From: Octopus bimaculoides
Lineage: Eukaryota
NCBI RefSeq assembly: GCF_001194135.2
Contig: NC_068984.1
Coordinates: 28,733,793-28,797,792, forward strand
Direction: 5' to 3'
DNA length: 64,000 nucleotides
Shown: piece by piece, positions 12,880-24,700 of the stretch
Layout: each line of letters begins with the position of its first letter
Position numbering within the stretch: the first letter of the stretch is position 1
Notes under the pieces: generated by a model
The model's input: the letters and a program-made list of their open reading frames with translations, nothing else
Databases searched by the model: none
What the model was told of the DNA's origin: nothing
Program-made: the position numbers and the translations under genes

Positions 12880-13070
12880 ATCATTATTATCATTTAACAT
12901 CCACTTTCCCATGGTTGAATGAGTCTGACAGAATTTGATTATTTTTCTATAGCTGGATGACCTTCCTGCAACTAACTCATAAGAAAGGTCATATTTTCCC
13001 TTGGTCAGACATGTTTTTCATGGAAGTCTGGAAAGTAACAACCTTGCATGATGGCAATGCTCATTTACTA
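12880..13070 (-). mobile_element. RTE 3' tail fragment
   Basis: catttaacatccactttcccatgg...gctggatgaccttcctgcaac is the reverse complement of the tail motif seen at 22.7, 35.3 and 61.8 kb. Confidence 0.6.
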
Positions 13071-13084
13071 CCATAAAAAATTCT

Positions 13085-13350
13085 CATTTAGTTTTCTTTT
13101 AACTAATCTATTCAAAAGGGTTTGGTTGACCCAGGGCTATAGTAGAAGATGCTTGTTCAAGTTTCTATTCAGTGGGACTGAACCTGAAACCACATAGTTA
13201 AGAAACAAGCTTTTTAAACACACATCCATTCCTAAACATACATATCAGATGTTCTTATTTCAATTTCTATGTCACAAGGCTTTGGTTGGCTGAGGAATAT
13301 AGTAGAAGTTACTTATCCAAGGTCTCATGCATTGCGATTGAACCTGAAAC
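13085..13350 (-). mobile_element. Two adjacent degraded SINE-A head fragments
   Basis: ggctatagtagaagatgcttg...agtgggactgaacctgaaaccac (13135-13195) and aggctttggttggctgagg.atatagtagaag...gaacctgaaac (13277-13350). Confidence 0.75.
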
Positions 13351-16300
13351 TACATTCCTTAGATAGGCAGACATACAGGTGAAGAAGATGGAAAAATTTG
13401 TAACTTCACCTGAAGTATTTGAATGGCATGTCAGCAGTAAATTGTGTAGCTGTGCTAACCACTTCACTTTTTTATTCTGTTATCCATTGGATTGCAGCTA
13501 TGCTGGAGGACAGCCCTAAAGGGTTTTAGTCAATCAAAATATACGATTTGAGAGAGAGAGAGAGAGAGAAAGATGACTACATCATGCATTAACATGGTCA
13601 TTGTCAACTAACAAGGAGAATCTGTTGAAGTACTTGAAACAAAATTAAGATGCGCAATAAAGCAATTTAAAAAAAATATGCTAATCTACGTAAATTATTT
13701 GCGTATTTATATTTTAAAACATTTTAAATATGAAAAAAAGAAAAAAAGTAATTATATTAAATATTTGTAAGAGCTTTTTCAGAAGGGTTTTTAAAGAGCA
13801 ATGGATTCTTGGATTTCCAGTTTTCAAGTATTTGTTTTATGTTATTTAGAATAACTTTTTTGCTCCTTTTTTTTTTTTTAACTTAATATGTAAACTAACT
13901 GTTTTATTATAGTTAGTTTCTAGGATTTGGAATTAAAAAAAAAATTTGAATATATAAAAAAAGATATTAGGAAAGCAAGAAACAAAAAGGCAAAAAGTAA
14001 ATAAATACAAGGATAAATATTTTCTTTTTAGCTTCCAACCATAAATAGGCATTCATTTGTTAATTAATATGACATCTCCATCTGTTGAGAGGAACAAACC
14101 AGTTTCAAGTGAATTATATTTTGGTAAGACTAACATCAACAATACCATTTCCATAATGAATAAGATCAATACCATATTTAAAGTGAACAAAGAAAACTGG
14201 TTTTATATTGGAAATTAAAATAGTGAAAGGCAGAGTGAGGGAAAGTGGGGTTGGAGGGAAAGATAAATGATATTATGTTAATACACAATATAAACATAAA
14301 ACAAGGAAAAGAAATTCAATCTCTGAAAATAAGTATTATTAATGTTATTTATTTACTTACATTATTAATAAACACAATCTAAGTTTTGAACACTAAGCAA
14401 TATGAAAAGAGTTTCTTTTCAAAATGTCCTGATTCGGTAATACTACCAGCAAGATTTATTTTACCTAACTGAATGATTTCTTGGTACTTGACTGTACTTA
14501 TCAAACAGTGTTAGTGATACCAGAAATACTGTGCATTCTTTCTGACCACCCAACCTTCCTTCCAAAAGTGATTACATGCTGGATCAAGCTATAATCTCCA
14601 TAGAAACTAATGCATGCATTAACTATGGAGAATAAAATAGTTTACTCAGACTGATTGGGAACCATATGTGTGTGTATGTGTGTGTGTGTGTGTGTGTGTG
14701 CGTGCGTGCGTGTATCTATGTATATATATATATATTTATTCGTGTGTGCATGAAATCATATATTTTCATGTGTATGCTTAGAAAGCAGATGTTTTTATTA
14801 GTATAAAATATACTTAAAGTGCTTGATAGATGAATTCATTCACCCAGCTCAGAGCTACGTACCTAAAGTATGTTTTGTTTTTTTTCTCTTCCTTTCAATG
14901 CATAAGTAAATAAATAGACAAAATAAAGAATAAAATGATCATGAAATTGCTACACATGTTCGAGAATAATGAAAATACGTTGAAACACAAATGATGAAAA
15001 TATATAGCTATTCTTTTTGATGTGAAGAAATTCAAGAATAATAGTAATTTCTGAAGACGAAATTATAATGTAGCTTGAGTAACTGGTATAGAAATAAGGG
15101 CCCAGTCGGATTTTATCTATTTTAAGGCATTGAATTACAGAGGGAAAAAATTGTAAAATAGTAAACAAATACTGAAATACAGGAGCCAAAGAAACAAAAT
15201 GCCAGAGCTCAGAGAATTTGGGTAAATTCTTAAATGAAAGAGAAAAAATAAAAGAGGGGAAAATGAGGAAGACTATCAAACTGAACCTTTTATTTAAAAT
15301 GCAAATAAACTGAGTGACAGAGAGAGGGGAGACTGCGTGTGAGTGTGTGTGGATGTCACAAGTTTAAACAATTGCAGAAATATTTCTTTTAATCATGTGT
15401 GTGCGCGGGAGAGAGAGAAAAAGAGAAAGAGACAGAGAGAGAAAGAGAATGGGAGAGAGGTATAATAATATGAGTATATTAGCAATAAAGTCTAAGCATG
15501 TGTATCAATATAAACACACTTCAATATAGAGAAAGAGTAACAGAGAAAGGCACAGGAAAGTTTCTATTTGTTTTAACTAACCAAAACATTAAGAAACATC
15601 CAACACTACTGCAGCTTAACTGGTATGTATATAGACTATTATTCTGCGCATTCTCATTTCTTTATAACATATATATCGTCAGATTTTTGTTATTATTTTC
15701 CTTTTTTTCTTTTTACATCTTTTAAATTCTGATATTTTCTCTCAGGAAATGTAGGTTGGTAAAGGCAGGAGGGTAGTGGGGAGAGAGAAGAGCTAAAATA
15801 TGGACAGTGGGAAGTAAGGAAAGCAAATGAATGACAAAGCTGAAAGAAAGTATGGTTTTAGTGAGAGAAAAATCAATGTAATCCTTCAATATATATTTGT
15901 TGCTGTCAGCTGCTTTTTGCAGAGATTTTATGCTTCTAATACTATGTATGTTGTAACAATTTATGGTTAACTATTTCCTTGGTATCTTTCTGTTGTAGAA
16001 ATGGAACCATTCTTTTGAAAAATACTTCAGTCATATTCTGCTGATTCAATGCCACCATTACAGTAAACAGTATGTAATGAAAAAAAAAAAAAAAATTAAA
16101 AAGCTTTAACTTTCCAACCAAAAACTTTCATTTTTTTTTATATATAGCATTTTACTGTTATATTTCTGTTAAGTATCTCCAATCAGTCTGTTATATGTGG
16201 TTAGATAATCACTTAAATTATAGGAATGAACTGATCAATCAAGATGACAAATAAATAGAGTGAAAATTTGATTATTAGTTCAGCTCATACCTTCTCATGA

Positions 16301-16489
16301 GTCTTAGAAGTGCTATAACATTCACATATACACTAACTATATTCTCTCTTTCCTCTCATATCAATACAATTAATCATACATTGATGGTTATCTCTGATCA
16401 GAGAAGTCAATCAAGTGATTTTTGTCATATTCATAAGAATAAATAAAATATTTGAGTATTTTATTTGTAAAAATGTACAAGCAGCTGAA

Positions 16490-16640
16490 TAAGAAATACA
16501 CTTCCCAACCATATGGTTTTGGGTTCAGTCCCGCAGTTGGGTACTTGGGTGTGTTTATTGTAACCTTGGGTAAGTTGATATGGTAGATGGAAATTGAAAG
16601 AAATTAATTTTATGGCTTGTATGTGAGAGTGAATTTGTAT
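16490..16640 (+). mobile_element. Degraded SINE-A head, plus strand
   Basis: cttcccaaccatatggttttgggttcagtcccgcag...ggtagatggaaattgaaagaa matches the SINE-A consensus in the opposite orientation to most copies. Confidence 0.7.
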
Positions 16641-17577
16641 GTTGACATTTGCAAGCTGATTGAAAATAAAAATCCAATATTCAGGTAAATGGTTTCATTA
16701 TCCATAACCTTCTATAAAAATATGCTCAACCATTGAGCTATTTATTACTTGAAGAGCTATGGGAAATACTACCTTGCTTAGAAATAGGTTTAGGTTCGCA
16801 ATAGGAGGAACATCTATCATAAGAAAATATGCCTCAACAAGTTCAGTGAAAATTAAAATAATGATGATAAGAGCTTTATGGATACGAAGCTTTAACTGCA
16901 TCTATGTATGTGTGTATGCATGCATGCATACATTCACATTTTCAAATAAGTTGAATGGAGCAACATGAAATGATGTACCTTGTGTAAGGACACAACATGG
17001 CACTTAGTGCAGGAATCAGATTCATAACTTATGATTGTAAGCTCAATTCTCTAACTACCAGGTACTTGACTTCACATGTTTTCCTTATAATTGATATATC
17101 TCTATCCATTACAAATGTAATAAGCACCCTGTGTAATTGCATCGTTTTACAGTGTTAATTTTAAAATCTTCCTTTTGGCCTAGAAGCAGCTGTGATAAAT
17201 TACTTTCATTATCACCATTATACCAAAGAGTGTTCATTATGGGTGAATCTCAAATACCAACTCTTCAGGAATCTCATAAGCTAGATAAACTGAGCCATTC
17301 CATATTTCAGTAGCCAAAAGATAATTCAATCTTCTCAACATTCAAACACTGATCCCTAATAAGTGTTTTTCTGTTTACTGTGAGATGTCATGATCTAGCA
17401 TTTGCAGATATCCACACGGAGTATATCATGGTACTTGATTATAATTTATGGCCTCATACGCCTTAACTTTCTACAACAGAACATAACTAATCTACATCAA
17501 TGTTCTTTACGTTCTTATAAATTCAATACAGAATAACAGCCACTCATTTTCTATAATAAAAAAAAACAAAAAAAAAA

Positions 17578-17945
17578 ACAAGGGCACTCAGAGAGAGAAA
17601 ACCTCGGCCAAGGCAACACCATTGTCCTCTCAATAATTAACCAGAGATGATTTTTTAAATAAGAATATCTGAAATAAACTCAACTGCTCTTACAAACAAG
17701 AATACTAAAAATGAACCCAATCGCTCTTAAAAATTAAGTAAAAAAAAAAACCAGAAAGATAATCCAGAATCCTTGTCTAGTATCACATTGATCCCAAAAT
17801 CTAATCAGTACATGCCAGTCACAAGGCCAAACATCCCTGAAAGTTTCATCCAAATCCATACAACGGTTCTTGAGATATCTTGTCCATGGGCAAAAAAACA
17901 AACGACTGAGAACAATACCTCTGCCTTCACTAAGGCAGAGATAGT
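17578..17945 (+). mobile_element. Non-autonomous Helentron-associated (HINE/DINE-1-like) element
   Basis: The 3' end has a perfect 9-bp hairpin, ctctgcctt-cact-aaggcagag (17919-17940). The 5' subterminal acctcggcc (17601-17609) is 7/9 complementary to the 3' end. There is an internal aaagtttcatccaaatcc...cggttcttgagatatc motif typical of this class, and the 5' flank is an A-run. Confidence 0.65.
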
Positions 17946-18294
17946 TATAAAAAGATACTTCTGCAGCAGTAGTAATATGATATCAGTCTTTCAGACCAAG
18001 AAGTGCTTGATGTGTTAAGACAAACATTATATTACAAGTTTTTAAAACCATTTCATGTTTGTGATCATATCCATCTCCCAAAACAAATATATGATAATTT
18101 AGGGTCAGTTTCAAAAGAAAAACCTTAGTATAATAAATGTAGTTTCTAAGAGAATACTTTTCACTCACAGATGCAACTACTTAGATACACAATTATATAA
18201 CTTCAATTGTATACGAATTGAAATACATGTGAATATAACCCAGGTATTTTTACACACTAAAGTACACTTTAAAACAAACGAGAAAAAATACATT

Positions 18295-18340
<46 letters not shown>

Positions 18341-19139
18341 AAAGAAACTCAAACAAAAGAATTCAGCAAGAGGTATCAAGCCCATATCATACACAAATAA
18401 TAAGGTTTATCTTGAAATGACTTATATGTCACACAGTTGAAGCAATTGGCTTCTTCTGTAAACATTTCTTTCATGACACTTCTCAACAGTCAATCAAAAC
18501 TTCAGAATGCTAAAAGGTAACAAAGATTGTATATTGTGATTTGTAAAACTTTCATTTCGTATTTTTGCAAACATCTACAACATACACATTCAACAGAAAT
18601 GATAAAGGAAAAAGATATATGACATTTGATGTTAATCATTTAGAAGCCAAAAAGAGAAGTGTATATTTTTTCTAAAATTGAAGTGGTAATAATACATTTT
18701 TTTCTTTTTTTTTAAGCTCTCACTTATAATTTGAAAGGATTTTAAAATTTATTTTACATTTTACCAATGTACCAAGTTGCATAAGTGTGACTATATATGT
18801 TTGTTTTTTGTAGTTTTGACTGTGTTTTCTCAGGTAGTGACAAAATCTGTAACTGTCTTTACACTAAAATTATTTTACAATAAATAATGGTTTGAAAAAA
18901 AACCAGATAACCACAAGGTACCCTTTTCAAACAGCCATTTGTTAAAAATGATGGACTTTGTAATTAACTCAGAAAACATTCCCTAATATTGCAAGTTAAG
19001 AACTTCACACAAGCAGTACCCATGAAAGTTCCACAATCCATTTTATGGTACAGTGATAGCCACAAAAATCTCATTGGTTTGTTATAGTATTTTGTCATTT
19101 CCTTCATAATACTTTGATTAATTTCTAGGAAATCTTGCC

Positions 19140-19640
19140 AATTCTCTTCTAGCTTGTTTTACCATTCTGGCTTTTGCAAATATTCTGGCCTATTATCATT
19201 GTTTATATTTTGACTTCTTTCTTTATTAACAATTCTCATTCTTTTGCTATTAGCTTCAGCTTCATTGTTCAACATACAACACTTTCTAGCTTCATTTTTA
19301 TATTCATTTCATTCCTTTCATCCTTAAGTTAATGCTTCTTTTCATTTTTGATTCTCCACTCTTTATTTCTAATTCTTATCTTTGCCCTTTCCACAATCTT
19401 TTCCTATATCTTCTCTGCATCTCTCAATTCACTTCTCACTATTGCATTCTGATCATTATCTGCTATAACAAACACTGTTTTGGTAATAAAATAATTTAAG
19501 AAGCACTTGATATTATATAGTGGGTAATACACATATCCAGGATATATTGCTGCATATCTTTTATGAAGAAGGTTAGGATCATGATTATAAATATATATAG
19601 ACAGTAGGAAAAACTCCACATCAAGGATATACCATATAGC
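19140..19640 (-). mobile_element. Degraded LINE remnant, probably RTE endonuclease-RT linker
   Basis: The minus strand is A-rich with K/R/E-rich interrupted reading (RSELRDAEKI*EKIVERAKIR...), similar in character to 3000-4700. No diagnostic motif was read. Confidence 0.35.
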
Positions 19641-21289
19641 CATTCTATGTTGGAAGTTAGGAATAAGAATTACTAATATATAGATAACAGAATAGATAAA
19701 TATTCAATCTTCATGACAATGCCTAACTCTAAGATGCATGCATTAAATTGTTGAGAAAATAGAGTGTCAAACAAATGCTACTAGCATACACGCACACACA
19801 CTCTCACACATGTAAATGCTCATAGTATGCGCACATATGCATACACACCACTCACATATACACACAGGTAATTATTGCCTGAGTGTGTATGTGGACACAA
19901 ATAACATTCATAGGTAAGGGAGTGTGTGTATGTGGTATGTGACAGATATTTTATACCACAGGAACCTATCATTAGCACTCATATAATAGACCCTCTTGCT
20001 CTTTCTGTTACACACGCACTTTTACCATCCTCTTTATGCAGGGTGACAAATCTTTTTACATCACAGGACACTTTCATTAGCACTTTAATATAATAAATTC
20101 TATTTAAATGGTTACCATTAAGTGCATTGAGATTTTATTTTCAAAGTTTTCGACTTGGTAATATTTTATTAATGTATGAATTGCAGAAACACACAACTCA
20201 TGGCATGCAGTAAATATATAGTTATAATTTACTTCATAAAGTTTACAGAAACTGCTACATCAAGACTACAATGTAAACAAGGTTTTTATATCAGAAAATG
20301 TAGAATTTCTTTATTTTGAAAATACACTACAAGGTATTATATCCAAGGATAGAGCATCTATTATCATATTCAAGAGTTATTTGTTTGTGTTTTTAATCAT
20401 AATTTTGTATAGACAATTATATAATATCTATAAGTAAAGATTTCAGACTATTGGAATAAGTATATTCCCAATATATCTGCATTTGCAATGACCACAAGAT
20501 CAATAGAAAAAAAGAAGCAAACTGACATAACTAATACAGTATCCTATATTTCAAATGTTTATCTCATGATGCCATTCACATAGTTTGAATGAGAAAATGA
20601 ATGAGAAATTGAAAACAGTTTGAAAGGAAATATCAATTAGAAATCTGTTTAAATCTAATGCAGATTAGTTTTCAACTGAGAAGAAAAATAAAGAAATATG
20701 GAAAGTACAGCAGAAATTTCAGAAGATTATTCAAAATATGATGCCAAAGAACAGGTTTTTGTATTCAGACTTTGATATCTTAAAATGAAATTAAAAATAA
20801 AGAAATAAAAATGTAAAGGCATTTGATACAGATAAACTATCTTATTTGTATTATATCAATTTTAATGCTTAGATAAATTAAATTTTTTTTTTTTTAAACC
20901 ATTCCATTGAATCACATAAACATTACATTTCATTGTCAAATACAAATGGTATGAAAGTTGACTGAATAATGCATGGAGAAATAAGAAAAAGGAAGAAAAT
21001 TAATTATTAAGTTTTAAGCCATCTTCTAGTTAGTTTGAGTGAAATAACAGCAGACGATAGCACTGAATGAATAATATTGAGTTTTCAACTAGAATAGAAC
21101 AAGAATTAATTAGTTCATGGGGAAAGAAAAAGGCTGCATTCCATTTTATTACAGTGATGAACAGCACTATTTTATCTTTCTCACAATTAGAAAGCTGGTG
21201 CGAAAATACACACACACACACGTATTGGTTTGGTAATAGTAACAGGATAAATAGAACTTAAAACATATTTTTAATTGGCAGCAATTACA

Positions 21290-22830
21290 AAGTGATTCCA
21301 TGGCCAAAAGTCTGGTAAGTGCCATGTACAAAACTTTCAGCATTTGAGCCACCTTGTAACTTTTTTTGCCAATTACAAATAACAATGAAGCTAACTTGCA
21401 CCACTGGTGGAGGTGCAGTATTAGTGTGCATGCATGGCAAAGTGCAACTATGTTGAAAGAAAAACTGAGAGTAAGAGGCATACAGTGAGAAAGAGAGACG
21501 TTCGTACTAGTATGATCATGATCATGTGGAGTACAAAGATGAGGAGAGCAGCATAAGAAGTGCCAATTGCTGAATGTGGATGGAACCTTAGTAAGAGCAA
21601 TACACAGGAAGATGTTGGATGGTGTAATGAAGATCAACCTCAGAACACTAATTCTAACAGGGGAGAAAAAACTGAGGCAATTAGTGATTCACTGTGCACC
21701 AAGAAAATCCAGCCATCTCAGCAAAATTGAAGTTCTAAAAGCATATCTTTCATGTTTATACCCTGCCACCCAGACTCTCCTGGTCAAACCTTCTCCACAA
21801 CTCATCTTTCTAACAGGCATTCCTCCATCACTCTTTTGACTATGGCAATATTCACTCAGCTGCTGCAATTATATATGAAAGGAGAACTGTATATTTCATC
21901 CTCACTTTAGTAAGTCTCTTTGGAATTAACTCCTTTTGTGTTCCATCCTGCAATCTTGGTATATACTTTGCCCCTTTATTTTTCTCTAATTGTCCCTCTC
22001 CTATGAACATTCTCTTCTATATGCCATTGATACACAAGGCCCCAACTTTGATCATCACTCACAAACTCACTACTTCTACACCTATGTACATCTAGGCTCT
22101 GTTTCTGTCAGTGGACATCTCTTTCTTAGCCCACACATAATTCACATCATTTCACTATTTCTCATCTATCCACAATTTTATTATACTGTAGCTTTCAACC
22201 TGCTTTTTTTCCAATCACTTACTTCTCTCCCACCCAATCCTAATTCTTCCACTTTCTCCCTCCAACTGGATATTCATCATTGACTATGCCTTCACCTGTG
22301 TTCACAGATCTCTGCTTTCATATCTAACGCCATCTTTAACCATCTGTCACACTCTTTCTACACTCTTTTGAACTAATCTACCCACCCTTTCCAATCTCCC
22401 GTCCTTATTCTTTTTATTTTATATTCATCTTCATGTACATTGAGGATATGCTGTGATAACTCATCCCCACCCACTTTTCTTTCTCTCTATCTAGGGTAAG
22501 TAACTATGTATCTCTTCTACAGCAAACCACTGTTCCTTTCTCTCTCTCATATTTTAGCTTCTCAACACCTGGCACGAAACCACCTCCCTCAATACCACAA
22601 CCTTTCCCTGTAGGCAGGTCTTGTTATGTGGGCTACTTAGTGACCTCACTAGTGCCATGAAAAAAGCACCCAGTATAATCAGTAAAGTGAAGGGCATCCA
22701 GCCTTTGAAACCCCACTCAAGAACACACTGGATCTTGACACAGACCACTGCTGAATCAGAGCCTGTCAAACTATCCAACCCAAGGCAGCATTGAAAACAG
22801 ACATTAAAAAATGAATGATGATGATGACAG
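21290..22830 (+). mobile_element. 5'-truncated RTE-clade LINE: ORF2 end, long C/T-rich segment, tail ending (GAT)n
   Basis: 21450-21660 translates to L.EKLRVRGI...KCQLLNVDGTLVR....RKMLDGVMKINLRTL. 22630-22830 has cttagtgacctcactagtgccatgaaaaaagcacc...aagggcatccagcc...ccaacccaaggcagcattgaaaacagacattaaaaaatgaatgatgatgatg. Confidence 0.75.
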
Positions 22831-22832
22831 CG

Positions 22833-22865
<33 letters not shown>

Positions 22866-22867
<2 letters not shown>

Positions 22868-23069
22868 TTTCTGCTATAGGCACAAGACTTGAAATTTGGG
22901 GGTTGATTACATCGACCCCAGTATTCAACTGGTAGTTTATTTTACCAACCTTGAAAAGATGAAAGGCAAAGTCAACCATGACAGAATTTGAACTCATAAT
23001 GTGAAAACAGATGAAACACTGCTAAGCATTTTGCTCGGAGTGCTAACGATTCTACCAACTCACCACCTT
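22866..23069 (-). mobile_element. tRNA-derived SINE family B, near full length
   Basis: Reverse complement reads aaggtggtgagttggtagaatcgttagcac (A-box-like)...gagttcaaattc (B-box)...gactttgcctttcatc...aataaactaccagttgaatactggggtcgatgtaatc. A second copy is at 54.2-54.4 kb. Confidence 0.85.
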
Positions 23070-23084
23070 TATATGATATATATA

Positions 23085-23470
23085 TCTTTTTACCTTTTAC
23101 TTGTTTCAGTCATTAGGCTGTGGCCATGCTTCTGGGGTATCACCTTGAATAATTCTTTAGCCAAATGAATCAACCCCAGTACTTAATGTTTGTTAAGGTT
23201 GCTAACTACTCCATCAGTATTTTTTGTCAAACTGTTAAGTTATGTGGATGCAAACATACCAATATAGGTGGTCAAGTGGTGGTGGGGTACAAGCAAAGAC
23301 ACAAACACACACATGATGAGCTCCTTTCAGCTTCTATCAACCAAATCCACTCACAAGGATTTGGTCAGTTAAGGCTATAGTTGAAGACACTTGCCCAAGC
23401 TGCCACACAGTGGGACTGGACCTGAAACCATGTGGTTGGGAAGTAAGTTTCTTACCACATAGCCATGCCT
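23085..23470 (-). mobile_element. SINE family A, near full length
   Basis: Head (aggcatggctatgtggtaagaaacttacttcccaaccacatgg...) and tail (...gcatggccacagcctaatgactgaaacaagtaaaagg) are both present and collinear with 27411-27812. Confidence 0.9.
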
Positions 23471-23472
23471 AA

Positions 23473-23504
<32 letters not shown>

Positions 23505-23595
23505 CAGACACACATACATATACACATACACACACATATATATTATACACATACAATATACATACATTTACATATATACAAATATGCACACACAG

Positions 23596-23597
<2 letters not shown>

Positions 23598-23644
<47 letters not shown>
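23598..23644. repeat. (CA)n microsatellite
   Basis: Uninterrupted CA run. Confidence 0.95.
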
Positions 23645-23646
<2 letters not shown>

Positions 23647-23929
23647 ACTACATAAATCTAACAATTGAGAAGTTTAGGGAATTTGTTTTTAAAGAATATT
23701 TTATCAAAGAAAGAATATATCAGCTTGTTGGACATTAAATCTTCTACTGTTGTTATGCAGTACAAAACTTCAAATATTATCAGCAGGCCTATGAGTTTTT
23801 GTCTACAAAGCAAATGAATGACCATCTTGATTTAGATCTGTTCAATTTTTACAAGGATAACATGAAAGTGTAAATCTCCCACTATTAAAGACTTAAAGGC
23901 TTCATTGGAAACTTCACTCTAGTAATGAA

Positions 23930-24245
23930 CAGTAATTAGTTGAAACCGTCTGGTGCTGGTGCCACATACAAAGTACTAATGATAGTGCCACGGGAAAAAG
24001 CATTGGTGTTGGTTCCACATGACAAGCATTAGTGTCACATAAGCAACTCTGGTGCCACATAAGAAGCTCTGGTGCTTCATAAAAAGCACTAGTACTATGT
24101 AAAAAGCACTGGTGCTGGAGCCACATAGAAAGCACTCAGTACACTTTGTAAAGTAGTTGGTGTCAGGAAAGCATCCAGCCATAGGAACCAAATCAAAACA
24201 GACTATGGATCCTTGTGTGGCCCCTGGCCTTGCCAGATCCTATCT
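23930..24245 (+). mobile_element. RTE 3' tail fragment with internal ~20-26-bp tandem expansion
   Basis: Repeated ggtgccacata(a)aaagcact-like units (23951-24136) followed by gttggtgtcaggaaagcatccagccataggaacc. Confidence 0.75.
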
Positions 24246-24354
24246 TTAGTAACAAAGGCAGATGCTATAAAATTGGTAGAACTCCATGCAATTAACTGAC
24301 TGGAGTTCAATCGTAAGTATTGAATTGTAGGAAAATATAAGATATTTTGCATTA

Positions 24355-24700
24355 ATTAGGCAGTACTTTAATTAGACAGATTATTTGACAAATACATAGA
24401 AAGTCATGTCTTGATTTGAGGTGAAAAATAGGTGTTTTTTGAGTGTTTTTCAATGATACAAAGGTAGGTGATGAGACACTTAAAACTGGCAAATGACTGG
24501 CCCTTGGTGAAGGAGGTTTACAGCAGCAAAAAGAATTCTCTACACTGATGTTAACAATGATGAAAACTTCAGATACTTGAATTCTAACTGTTATTGTCAT
24601 TGCAAGAAATAAGATAGTAAAGCAACTTCAGGTGTTTTAAAAGGTTTGTGAAGCAGGTGAATTTAGATGAAAGAAGGAAAAAGACACTCAGTCAGAGTGA
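24355..24700 (-). mobile_element. Possible old LINE endonuclease remnant
   Basis: Complex, slightly GC-richer segment. The minus-strand ORF 24352-24600 only vaguely resembles a CR1-like endonuclease N-terminus. Confidence 0.25.

Noticed and set aside
11614-12938. Six long ORFs (270-427 aa) in the ORF track
   Set aside because: They are artefacts of translating through the N gap and low-complexity flanks.
14950-15279. 109-aa minus-strand ORF with hydrophobic stretch
   Set aside because: It starts at a non-ATG codon, its F/I/L richness reflects the T-rich strand, and there is no phase-compatible strong donor.
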